DNA of 64,000 nucleotides, taken from assembly GCA_002633005.1 (NCBI GenBank), contig NMRA01000204.1, positions 128,260 to 192,259 of the forward strand. The letters run 5' to 3'. Origin of the DNA: Phoronis australis (lineage: Eukaryota; Animalia; Phoronida). The notes beneath the pieces are model-generated. The model was not told the origin of the DNA, ran no database searches, and worked only from the letters and a program-made list of their open reading frames with translations. This document shows positions 50,501 through 60,239 of this stretch, piece after piece. Both the position numbers and the translations under genes were made by a program. How positions within the stretch are numbered: position 1 is the stretch's first letter; every line of letters starts with the position of its first letter.

Positions 50501-53500
50501 TCTTTGACGGTTTTTGATGAAATTGGCAACGACGTTTCCGTTATAGAGATGACAACACCATTCCATTTTGGGACGTATTTGACATATTATGTGCCATTTA
50601 GTGGCCATTTTTATTATTTTTGTGTCTCTTTTTGTCATCTGACTCTGTATCAACCAAACTGCTTACCAGGTCATTATGAAAATGGACAGATGAGTTCCTA
50701 CTGATAAGAGCACGACTTGTGAGTTGTGGGCGGACTGACTTCTGTCGTGCTCCTTGGTGACATTTTTTGCGTCTGAGGTTTTATATCCTTGATGGATCTT
50801 TGTGAAATTTGACAAGCGCATTCATATGAACTTGACAACAGATAGGCAGCTCTGACTACTGTTATGCTTCCTAGTGGACTCTGATTCTTTGAAGTTCTTA
50901 GATGTGTGTATGAAATGGGGCTAATAGTTTTCTATTAGAGAGATGACGATGCCTTTCCATTTTTGTGGATGGTTTGACGTGTTCTGCGCCATCTGGTGGT
51001 GATTTTTATGATACTAGTAAACACCCTTAGCAGCATACAGTGCAGTCGTGAGCTTATTTCAACCCTTGGCATTGTTTTCGTTTACCTGTCAACTGTTTTT
51101 ATTCAGACATTCAAAGCATTGTGATACATACTGTAAGTTATTAGGCGAAGTCAAATATGAAATTTCAAAAGCTGATGATGCTATGAGTTACCTTATTAAT
51201 AAATAATCGTTGGGAAAATGTCTCTTGCCTAACAAAAACATCCATAAACAATGGTGATGCTAATCACGTAATGAGGACTAGTTTATACATCAAGATTGAT
51301 GTGGAATACATAAAATCTGTTGGAGAGCTGAAGACATATATGTTAGTCATGCATGTGATGTATCTGTTATCTGCTATTCATGTTCGTGTGATGAGCTTAG
51401 TTTGTTGCTTGACCCTAAATGTTATTGACATATTCTTCCTCGTTTGCTGTTGTCATGGTGCATGTAAAATTTTCCCCTCCATCCCTCCACTACTAGCGCC
51501 AGCTACAGGACAACAAATGTGAACTGATCTCGTTGTCTAAGCAAAACGAGGTTCACGCTGATCGCATGAGAGAGGTGAGCTGCTTGGCACAGTCACATAC
51601 GCCGTACTCGTTGATTCTTCTTTGTCTAACCGATTGTCTAATTTACGTTTTATCGCTAACCATTCATGCTGAAATCACTCGACATCATTACACTAACCTC
51701 CCACTAATCTTTGTGATGCACGTGTATCCGTTTCAGCTATCTATTGAAAAGTCGTTGACCGTGTGATCTCTTGACCAGCGATTCCCCACTCTGTCTTCTG
51801 CTGTTTTTGTCAAACGGACCTTCTTGGGCTTTTAATGCATTCTTGTACATATTTCCCAAAGTTTGCCATTCTGCATGTGCAAGAAGTTCGAAAGAACCCT
51901 AAAATGGTCCTCGGTTGCCTTGTGTTTTTAAATTTTGTTAGATTTTGCGCACTGTTCTAAAATTTCTTTCAGCTTAGTTCCACTCGATGCACTTATTTGC
52001 TTTTCCTCTATCTATTAAGAGTTTTGCAAATTTCTCGTTTTTTTTTAACTATCTGTGTGGTAACAATAATGTGCATTACAGTGGATTTGTTGCAAAACTG
52101 TAATTGCCTGAGGCAAGTCACCTTCAAGAGTGGTCTTTCTAGAACGTACTTGCAGGTGTTCTCATCAACTGCAACTTGCCCGACTTGATGTGTATACATG
52201 GGCTACTCATCTAGGCAACTTGCTGTGGTTTTAAGGAGCTGTATTTTGACCCTAAATGCAGTCTTTTCATTTACCTGTTCTGTTAAATGCAGTTAGTAAT
52301 CAGGTGTGTCAGTCTCAACACCACCTATGGTCATCAGGTGATGTTTGAGGCGTAAATGTGTAAGGCCTGTTGGAGCACCACATGAAATAGAACACATCTG
52401 TAATATCTACTTTTCTCTGGGTCTCTTCTGCACTCTGTCTGCTCTCCCTTGACCCTCACTTTAATTCTCACAACTTTCATTGAATACCTTAAATTATTGC
52501 ACTGATGTGATGAATTTGTGTTTTATAAATGGTTTATGAAAGATTTTATTTTCTTAAACAATGTTATCAGATCAGACCATCTGTCAAGTATTTATGTTGC
52601 TTTCCTAATTACGCCGTCATTAATTTGAATTAAAATCAGTGCCATTATTATTCATGAATAGGATGGAAACTTTTGATTGTTCTGAATTGTCTGTCTCTCA
52701 CTCCAAGTTGATGTTCTAGTTTGGCTAATTGCCCATCCCTAAACTTTGAACAAATTCAATTTTGAATGCCAGTACTGTGCTCAACTTGACTTTAGTGCCG
52801 TTCTTATTTTTGAGATTTGTAGCTAATTTAGTTCTATGGCTATAACAGATTCAATGTAAAGTACATTTTAATGAACATATGTAGATAGAAAGTAAAATGT
52901 GCTTGATTTGTGTGGTTATTTTAGTATTTGTGTAGCATGCAAAATCAGCACGTTCCCTTTGTAGATTGCTATCGAGAGCTTTGGAAAAGAAAATGAAAAT
53001 TTTTTATGGCTATTCATTTGGTTGTGTTATTTTTGCTTCAGATGGTGGATTACAAAACTGTGAAGGAGAAGAATGCTGCACTGAAAACAGAGGTGGATTA
53101 CCTGAAGACGTACGTGTAACAGATTACTTTTAAATGAGTGTCACTTTCCTGATCATCGTCACTTTCACTTGATTGGATTAAATTTCTGAAATCAGTTATT
53201 AAGGTTAAGTAGAACCCTCAAAAAATGAAAAATGGTCAAATTTGGCATATTTTGGAGCAGAAATGGCTGATTGGATTCATGTGAAACTTTCAGACACCAT
53301 TGTTATGCACTGTTCTCCCAACTGTTTTTGAAAATTTTCACTGTTCCATGAGGGGCTGTCAAAAAGTAGAACTTGTGATTTTTAGGAAAAGCTCAAGCGT
53401 GGCATAAAGCAAAAGCAAAATGATAATTTAGAAACTAACAGTGTTTTTGAGATTCCATCTGGTATATTTATACCATACAAAATTTGCTCGTGTTATTGAT

Positions 53501-56500
53501 AACATCGTTTTGCTATGGATTTGCCTGTTTTTTTGCAAAATTTTACTAAAAAAACCTAGTCACGTGGTCCAATTAGCATTGGAAAAAAGTCAAAAATCAA
53601 ATTCTACAAACTTTTTTGGAATCTTCAGTTTTTTAGATATTTGGACAAATACACCAAGTCTTACGTAACCTTTATTCGAGAACTTCTTGAAGTCCAGGGC
53701 TGCTGCTTTGTTGGATGTGTTTCTGATATTGCGACTTTAATCATTGTGGTTAAGACTGAAAATTAACTCACATTTGTCATTGTCTTGTGTCAAAACTATT
53801 CATTTGATACATGTTGATATTGATGAACACTGCTTATAATGTTATGCTGTGTCACTGTTTGTTGATCAACAGTGACGGGAACATGCAGTCAACAGTCACA
53901 AGCTTGTGTCCAGCACTTCCTGAGAGGTTGACTGGATTGCTCTGTTTCCACCATCGCCAAAAGAGGGCGTCATCTGCACCGAACTATAAGTCCACATCCA
54001 GTTGTGGCTTGGGATGGGACAAGATCTGGCAATGTTCACATTTAAGTACAGTGTATATCATTAATTGATACCACTGAATTCATTGGTGCATCTTACTTTA
54101 TGCCAGACCTTTTATTTTTAGGTGCTTATCCGAAGAAAAATACCAAAAGGAACAAGAGAGGCAAAGTATGTGACAATCCCTTAGAGTTCTTGAAAGGTTG
54201 ACAGGCAGTGTAACTGACAGGAGACTAGTTTAAATGACCGCGTGACTCTTCGCTTCATGCCTTGTCTGAAACACTACCCAGTACCTCACGACACGGCTTC
54301 TCTGAACTCTGTGCATTTTGGCCTCCCAATACTGCTAACGAAATTGTGGTGTTTCTTGTGTCCCTTTTTTCTCTAAACATCTGATTGTGCTATTCAAGGC
54401 TGATGTTTTATCCCTAAAGTTTCCTGTATTTATCCTTTTAAAACGTTACTTAATTCAAGTCAAACATTAGTCCTGTTCTGCATAGCGCTAGTCTGTCCTT
54501 ATTGTGGACAGCGTGTTTCCACTCTGTGCACCTGTTTCACTCAATAGCTATAACTTTTTGACTTACACCATAACTTAAAATTAATGTGATGTTTTGTTAA
54601 AAATGGAAGTTGGGAGGTTTATTCTGAGCTTGTTTTAAATGTAGGAAAAAGTTGGTGGTTGCAGCAATTTAAATCGGACAAAATCCAAGCCCTTTTTAAT
54701 AGTTAATTAGGCCCTTTGACAACAATGGCATGCTCTGTATCTGACACCTTAGTCTCTTTTAGGCAACACATTTCATCTGATGGTCCTGTTCTCAGTTTTA
54801 ACATCTCATCCATTGAAGAGTCCGCATTTCAGAACATGAAGATTTGCTCATCAAACTGACCAGTCGTGTGGGTCAGCCATCCCCTGAGTTCCTGTCTCTA
54901 CAACAGGAGCTGGCTGTGGCCAGGGAGAGGTGTAAACATGCGGACATTGAACTGCAACATAGGGACCAGCAGCATGAAGTGCGACTCAAGCAGGAGGTAC
55001 TCTACCCTTTAAAGTTGCTGCTCTCGAGTTTGACAAATAAGATGATTAAAATTCTACGAAACCGAGTTTCTTGTATTTTATACACTGAAATGAATCATGT
55101 TTCTAAGATTCGGTTACAAAAATTGCATGACCTTGCATTTTCTAACAATAGTGGTTGAAAATCTAATCACTGTGCCCAGAAATGTTTGTAATATTGCTTA
55201 TTCCAAGGCTTGAAATTTTCCGCGGAAACGCGGATTTCCGCTTTTTTCAGATGTTCTGTCCGTGTATTTTATTATATTTCCGCGTAAAAAAAAAATCGGA
55301 TTTGATATAAAATTTCCGCGGCAAATTTCTTTCTTACCGCGGCGATGCCTAGGACTTTCAACTCGAAAAGCGGAAGTTGCTCTTTATGTTTCGGAGGAAC
55401 GTAAATTGTCAACATTGCCTGGGCATCTGGGATTGCATGGTGGATTTCTTCAATGGCGTGTCGTGTGATTGTAAACCGCTGTGACAAATATTACGACTCT
55501 GCAGCCAAAAATGTGTGGAGGTGGGAGTGGACGGACGAGCTAAAGACGCAGATGCACGCTTCTTTAGGTGGTACCGTTTTTTTTTTTAGCCCCGATTTTT
55601 GTCGGCAAAAGGTCCACATGGACTATTTCAAGGCTGGGTGCGTGCATGTTTTGGGCCGTAAAAATTTCCGCTCTTTTGTCATCGGTCATTCCAAGCCCTG
55701 TTATTCATTGAGGGGAAAATAGATGCGTTTTGTTTTGAAAAACTCAAAACTCTGTTAAAAACTAGTAAAATCTTGTCCAAATTCTAATTCGAAGCAATTC
55801 AAAACCATGATTCTAATATGGCAAAAAACCCAAAGATTCAGGAATATGAATTGTCAAATTTTAGGTTTTTTGTTTTGTTTGCACTCTATATTGTATACAC
55901 GATCTGACTTCACCAAGACTGATTAATTTTAAAGTGCCTCTGAATTACATTCTTAATGTTTTGATATGTAACCACTCGCTATGGTTTTAGCACTGAGTAC
56001 GACAAAAAATTTTTTGATAAAAAATTGTTTGTGCACGGATGCATTAGAAATTTTTTGCTCAGCAGTCTCGGATACTACTTGAAAGAGTTGTTATTGAATT
56101 CTGTTGTAACATGCTTTGACTGACTCTTGCCGATCTCCAGTTTTCGAAGATTACTCTAATCCAATAAAATATGCTGTCAGTACTGCATTATTCTAGGAAC
56201 TTGGTTTTTGTCAGGACTGGCTACAAAATGACAAGCTCTCATGTTATTGGTTACAATAGCTTGTATGTATTTACAGGTTGATCGCAACGAAGAGCTGAAG
56301 AAAGCTCTTGAAGAACAGGCTCTTCAGATGAAGGAGATGAATAACGAGAACGTAGACTTGAGAGAACAGCTTTTGCAGACACAAAACGGTGAGTTAAGAG
56401 ATATGAGGAGTAATTTTCGCCAAAGTCTTTATGTTGACTTTCAGATTCAAATAAGGCTTAGAATCGAACTAGATAAACATGGCTCCCTCTAGTGAAAAAC

Positions 56501-58337
56501 TCGGGAAACAACAACACGACTAGATTGGAAGCCATAATGAAGCTGTAAATTTGACTTGGATTGTTGGAATGAGGCGTACGCCTTATTACTCCACATTGAT
56601 CTCTCAGTTGAGAAAAGGAAGCAACGTAACTGTGAAACAACGTGTTATTTTTGATGAGTGTATTACTGTATGGATGAAAATTGGTTGTCGATGATTTTGA
56701 TGACATATTTTTTTCTAAATAGCATTACGGAATGAAGTTTACCGAAAACCGAGGAATGGCAAGCCCAGTAGTTCTGTAAGGTAATTTGAAATGAAGGTAA
56801 TATGAAATGATGGTGTTTGAAATGAAGGTATTTGAAAAGATGGTACATGAAATGAGGGTGTTTGAAATGAAGGTGTTTGAAATGAAGGTGTTTGAAATGA
56901 AGGTGTTTGAAATGAAGGTGTTTGAAATTAAGGTTTTTGAAATGAAGGTATATGAAATGAATGTGTTTGAAATGAAGGTTTTTTGAAATGAACTTATATG
57001 AAATGAAAGTATATGAAATGAAGGTGTTTGAAATAAAGGTTTTTTGGAATGAAGGTACATGAAATAAAGGTGTTTGAAATGAAAGTATATGAAATGAAGG
57101 TGTTTGAAATGATGGTATTTGAAATGGGGGTGCTTGAAATGAAGGTGTTTGAAATGAAGGTGTTTGAAATGAAGGTGTTTGAAATGAAGGTGTTTGAAAT
57201 GAAGGTGTTTCAAATGAAAATGTTTCAAATGAAGGTATTTGAAACTATGACCATGGGATCATGTCTATTTCCTAAAATTTGTAGATTTTTGAGACACGCA
57301 AATGTTGTGACTTATGCTCCATAGTCACGCTTACCAATCATCTTCATAGACCTGTGTGCCAGCAAATAAATATTTAAGATTCATCTGTCAATTAAAAAAG
57401 AAGTTCTTGATTAACGTAGTTTTTTTTTTACTTGTTATCGAAAGGCGAGATTCTTATGGGTTTGCCAATGGCCAGTTTGACGCGGTTCGACCATCTAGTG
57501 TGCAAGTGCGTGACCTCACAGCCCTACGAGACCGACCCCTGCTCAGTTCTGGTCAACTAGCTGCGTTCTCAGACTACCCACAAACATCCAATCTTCCACA
57601 ATTGCTGGGTGATACACCTGTCAGGCTGACAGAGGGCGCTGGTGGTGACATCAATGAGCTTTTGTGGGACGGCTATGGTAATTAAAGTTCCAAAAATCCA
57701 TTGATATGCATACAGTAGCTAATTCAGGCCTTGAAATACCCGTTGTCTCCTGCTTTACCTAACAATATGGATATTTCTGTTAAGGCCTGATATTTGCTTG
57801 TACTTTATTCTGTCAGCTGTCACCAAAGAAAATGGCGACTTTGATGCATAAAGCTTGCTAAAATAAAATGTTATTAAAAATATGAAGCTGTACTAATCTC
57901 ATCACTAAAGTTACACCTCACGCATTTGTTCTGAAAGTATCTAAGCATGTTATGAAATTAAATCACAGACAAAATTCTCTTAAAATTTGCGATATTAACG
58001 GAATTCTCTTAAAAGTTGCTTGAAAACATATAATATAAGGTGGAAGATGTGTTTTCTATTGTCTTTGAGCAGAGTATTGCTGGCTTGCTTTGCACCCCCA
58101 AGAGGTGATGCACACCGTGGGCACACGTCAACGCTCTGCCTTGATCTTGATGTAGTAACTGTTGTGAACAATTTAGTAGAATCTCATAAACACAAACCAT
58201 TTAATGGTGTTGTAATGACAAATGTCAACTGTACTGTAGGCACCCATCTACGCTGTGGCTCCGATTCATCTCAGGGAGACGACGAACTAGTGCAGGACGC
58301 TAAACACCGTCTTCGCATGTTAGAAGCTGAGGCTGAG
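38437..58337 (+). CDS. OFD1: OFD1 centriole/basal-body protein (LisH + coiled coils), 5' part, 20 coding exons, 687 codons, continues beyond the last exon found
   Basis: GT-AG exons in continuous frame: 38437-38529, 39514-39708, 41733-41801, 42321-42351, 42860-42967, 43969-44111, 44546-44635, 45822-45905, 46745-46851, 47222-47341, 47764-47837, 48623-48714, 50166-50243 (or 51497-51574), 53042-53109, 54122-54165, 54833-54996, 56277-56388, 56723-56780, 57445-57677, 58240-58337. Motifs [51 protein letters not shown] (LisH), EKDIYAQRQ, QPSPE and ALRNEVY match OFD1. Confidence 0.95.
39514..39708 (+). CDS. OFD1: OFD1 coding exon 2 (LisH)
   Basis: SQLRNRLVSEL...[38 protein letters not shown] donor. 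Confidence 0.95.
41733..41801 (+). CDS. OFD1: OFD1 coding exon 3
   Basis: VLTTRDLLELLHINPKSKLYRNL, 69 nt. Confidence 0.92.
42321..42351 (+). CDS. OFD1: OFD1 coding exon 4 (31 nt)
   Basis: Poly-T acceptor, AKGIADCNKK(G), GTAGGT donor; supplies the required phase shift. Confidence 0.88.
42860..42967 (+). CDS. OFD1: OFD1 coding exon 5
   Basis: FLWHLIQELASSLGAPQMESQVQTEPIGLGALSTL. Confidence 0.9.
43969..44111 (+). CDS. OFD1: OFD1 coding exon 6
   Basis: DKLDHVEEMYSSRK...EERILSYQRQLEERYRGDMKLE. Confidence 0.9.
44546..44635 (+). CDS. OFD1: OFD1 coding exon 7
   Basis: LARFKEVELSRMRMEEREKCRKEIADARRD. Confidence 0.92.
44966..45560. mobile_element. piggyBac-like non-autonomous element
   Basis: TTAA|CCCGTATCCTGC ... 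GCAGGATAAAGG|TTAA: imperfect TIRs with a TTAA target duplication. Confidence 0.6.
45822..45905 (+). CDS. OFD1: OFD1 coding exon 8
   Basis: LEHTYKVKCDALAEREKHSMERLVKEQQ. Confidence 0.92.
46745..46851 (+). CDS. OFD1: OFD1 coding exon 9
   Basis: IQEKDIYAQRQSILNEIELSRKRDRDLQREADNMK. Confidence 0.92.
47222..47341 (+). CDS. OFD1: OFD1 coding exon 10
   Basis: EKMLHEDRLKSLEAVLKKREKDLEQTERGFEDKLADEMN. Confidence 0.9.
47764..47837 (+). CDS. OFD1: OFD1 coding exon 11
   Basis: FKIQEEMKYLERVKHLELLEKKTT; GTGAGT donor. Confidence 0.9.
47860..48058. repeat. 27-bp intronic minisatellite
   Basis: About 7 units of tctgttgtgatggcagtggtgacgttg. Confidence 0.9.
48623..48714 (+). CDS. OFD1: OFD1 coding exon 12
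   Basis: ESTRLENEREKLKGISDELRVKTERLEQLE; GTAAGA donor. Confidence 0.9.
50166..50243 (+). CDS. OFD1: OFD1 coding exon 13, copy a
   Basis: RQLQDNKCELISLSKQNEVHADRMRE, 78 nt, phase 0-0, GTGAGC donor. Confidence 0.8.
51497..51574 (+). CDS. OFD1: OFD1 coding exon 13, copy b (identical)
   Basis: Identical 78-nt exon within the second copy of a ~1.27-kb tandem duplication. Confidence 0.8.
53042..53109 (+). CDS. OFD1: OFD1 coding exon 14
   Basis: MVDYKTVKEKNAALKTEVDYLK; GTACGT donor. Confidence 0.9.
53199..53674. mobile_element. Non-autonomous DNA transposon (Kolobok-like)
   Basis: TTAA|GGTTAAGTAG ... CTTACGTAACC|TTTA; homologous to 5079-5745. Confidence 0.6.
54122..54165 (+). CDS. OFD1: OFD1 coding exon 15 (44 nt)
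   Basis: CLSEEKYQKEQERQ; phase 2->1 as required; GTATGT donor. Confidence 0.85.
54833..54996 (+). CDS. OFD1: OFD1 coding exon 16
   Basis: HEDLLIKLTSRVGQPSPEFLSLQQELAVARERCKHADIELQHRDQQHEVRLKQE. Confidence 0.9.
55204..55700. mobile_element. MITE with CAGGGCTTGGAAT-type TIRs
   Basis: CAAGGCTTGAAAT ... ATTCCAAGCCCTG flanked by TTATTC on both sides; homologous to 58517-58834. Confidence 0.85.
56277..56388 (+). CDS. OFD1: OFD1 coding exon 17
   Basis: VDRNEELKKALEEQALQMKEMNNENVDLREQLLQTQN; GTGAGT donor. Confidence 0.92.
56723..56780 (+). CDS. OFD1: OFD1 coding exon 18
   Basis: (A)LRNEVYRKPRNGKPSSSV(R); phase 1->2. Confidence 0.85.
56786..57245. repeat. 15-bp minisatellite (GAAATGAAGGTGTTT)n, ~30 units
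   Basis: Directly visible tandem repeat. Confidence 0.97.
57445..57677 (+). CDS. OFD1: OFD1 coding exon 19
   Basis: RDSYGFANGQFDAVRPSS...GGDINELLWDGY; frame-compatible with both neighbours. Confidence 0.8.
58240..58337 (+). CDS. OFD1: OFD1 coding exon 20 (last found in window)
   Basis: THLRCGSDSSQGDDELVQDAKHRLRMLEAEAE resembles OFD1 SDLEFV..TKARVKELQQEAE. Ends at a GTGGGT donor, with no stop. Confidence 0.88.
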
Positions 58338-58516
58338 GTGGGTACAAAAAGTGGCGTACACTCAATAATAACAGTCACTTGGAGCTGGAAATCTTGGTTT
58401 GCGCAACAGTGAATAGTGACTATTCTGAATGTTGTCTCCCACAATTCAAGTTTCTTGGGTAGTCGTTCAGTTGCTTTAAGGGACAGACATTTTGCTAGTG
58501 TGCACTAGCACAGAAT

Positions 58517-58834
58517 CAGGTCTTGGAATTTTCCGCGGAAACATTGCCGGGGCATCTGGGATACCGTGGTGGGATTTTCAATGGCGTCTCGTGTTATTGT
58601 AAACCGCGGCGACAAATACTACGGCTGTGCAGCCAAAAATGTGTGGATTGGGAGTGGACGGACGAGCTAAAAGGACGCAGACGCATGCTACTGATGGTGG
58701 TAAGGTTTTTTTTTTTAGTCCTACCGATTTTTGTCAGCGAAAGGTTCACATCGACTATTTCAAGGCTGGGTAGCGCGCATGTTTTGGGCAGTAAAAGTTT
58801 CCGCGTATTTTGTCATTGGTCATTCCAAGCCCTG
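58517..58834. mobile_element. MITE with CAGGGCTTGGAAT-type TIRs (internally deleted)
   Basis: CAGGTCTTGGAAT ... ATTCCAAGCCCTG flanked by AGAAT on both sides. Confidence 0.85.
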
Positions 58835-58860
58835 AGAATAAAGCTTGCAAACTGCTAGCG

Positions 58861-58894
58861 ACATCTTGCGTTACACAAGTGTAACGCAAGATGT
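58861..58894. repeat. Perfect hairpin (16-bp arms, 2-nt loop)
   Basis: ACATCTTGCGTTACAC-AA-GTGTAACGCAAGATGT. Confidence 0.95.
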
Positions 58895-59278
58895 TTTTAG
58901 AGATCTCGTGAAACTCGGGACACTGATTACCTTTGGTTGAGTGACACTGTAGTTTTTAAATATAATAATAGTAATATTATTTTTTGATAATGTCATGGAG
59001 ATTAAGTAAGCTGAAGCAGTTGCTTTTCCTGTGTGTTCTTAGTAAAAGTTGTTGAAATAATCGGTTAAGTACCTCAAATAGCGATGACCATTGCATTGTA
59101 TGATGAGAAAGTAATCAAGAAAGAAATAACAAATATCAAAAGATTTTACAATATTTATATTTTCACCACAAAATAATCCTGGTTATTTACACACACACAC
59201 GCACAAGTACATTTAAAAATGTTCTTAGTGAGTCACACTGTTCATACTGTGATAAATTGTTTGTCCCTGCGTAACACG

Positions 59279-60106
59279 CTATTTCCGCTTGCTTCTGAGT
59301 CGTTTGTTGGAAAACCACTTTCTGACCTGTTTCGTAGTTATGTCCCCTTGATAGGCCAGTCGCTTCACTTCCTCGCCACTCGGGTATGGATGGTATCGGT
59401 GTTTGTCGAACCACGTGGACAATAAATACACGGCTTTGGGGTTGACCTGTTTCGTTTCCTGCGCCTGGCTCTGTTGGTAGAGGGTCTGTGGTCGTATGTC
59501 ATTTCCCATCCCTGACAAGTCTATGGACAGCTGGTTGTTGTCGTGTTGGAGCCAAGGTGAACTCGGTGAGAAAGCACTCATCGATTCACTTAGAGATCCT
59601 TCACCGTTTGTCAGGGCGAGCAGTGAGCTGTATCCGGAACTGGATGCGCCGAGGTCTGCGTGTTGCGTTGCCCGTAGTGACGCGTGGCTATCTTCGATGA
59701 GGTTGAGGCTCTCCTTGATGCGGGTCATCAACTGGTGCTGCTGGTTGTCATAGAACTTGTTTGCCGACAGTGAGTATGGTGAAGTAGGGAACATATACTT
59801 GCGCCTCTCATTGTAGATAGTCTGACACTGTTGCGTGTAAAATCTATGGAGAAGATTGACTCTTACGGGGTCAAAGGTCATGCAGCGGTTGAAGTGTCGG
59901 AATAGTCTGGTCTCACACTCCTCAAAGTCGACATGTGTAGAGCTGTCACCGAGTGTGTCAAGGACTGAAAGTGAGGCTGCACTCTGCTGGAGCTCATCCT
60001 GCAGAGTGTCTCGCAGTTCACGGAACATCGGGTTAGCCCCTAGCTTGTCCAGGACTGTCTGTGGTCTAGTTTCCCATGGCCTGAATATGTTAGTCTGAGA
60101 TGTCAT
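59279..60106 (-). CDS. Intronless divergent TALE-class homeodomain protein (275 aa), FRPW motif + PADRE/SPILE-like N-terminal domain, nested in an OFD1 intron
   Basis: Longest ORF in the window, with Kozak GTCACCATG. C-terminal homeodomain TKQVNPKAVYLLSTWFDKHRYHPYPSGEEVKRLAYQGDITTKQVRKWFSNKRLRSKRK has the TALE HPYP loop and WFxN helix 3. Confidence 0.93.
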   Translation of the reverse strand: MTSQTNIFRPWETRPQTVLDKLGANPMFRELRDTLQDELQQSAASLSVLDTLGDSSTHVDFEECETRLFRHFNRCMTFDPVRVNLLHRFYTQQCQTIYNERRKYMFPTSPYSLSANKFYDNQQHQLMTRIKESLNLIEDSHASLRATQHADLGASSSGYSSLLALTNGEGSLSESMSAFSPSSPWLQHDNNQLSIDLSGMGNDIRPQTLYQQSQAQETKQVNPKAVYLLSTWFDKHRYHPYPSGEEVKRLAYQGDITTKQVRKWFSNKRLRSKRK

Positions 60107-60140
60107 GGTGACTTGAATAGCACTCTGGGTGTTGACAGTG

Positions 60141-60176
60141 GAATGACTTACTGCTCCAAGTTCTCAACCTTTTATA
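60141..60176 (-). promoter_or_regulatory. TATA box and initiator of the homeobox gene
   Basis: Minus-strand TATAAAAGG (60176-60168) and Inr-like TCATTC with the A at 60144, i.e. TATA at -32; ATG 38 nt downstream. Confidence 0.75.
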
Positions 60177-60239
60177 CCCTGACAAATCATTTTCACACCT
60201 CTTGTACTGAGGCTGTATCTTCTCTTCCAAGAATAGGAG

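Larger units (their letters stand above)
49081..51682. repeat. ~1.27-kb tandem duplication (49081-50351 / 50407-51682) containing OFD1 exon 13
   Basis: Both copies start attgaccatgacttttggacgg and end gaaatcactcga; an N lies at the junction (50352). Confidence 0.95.

Noticed and set aside
56725-57324. ORFs with HFKHL / MKVFE repeats (His-rich protein)
   Set aside because: Translation of a stop-free 15-bp minisatellite inside an OFD1 intron.
59488-60098. Plus-strand ORFs of 70-85 aa as further OFD1 exons
   Set aside because: They are antisense shadows of the homeobox CDS and show no OFD1 similarity.
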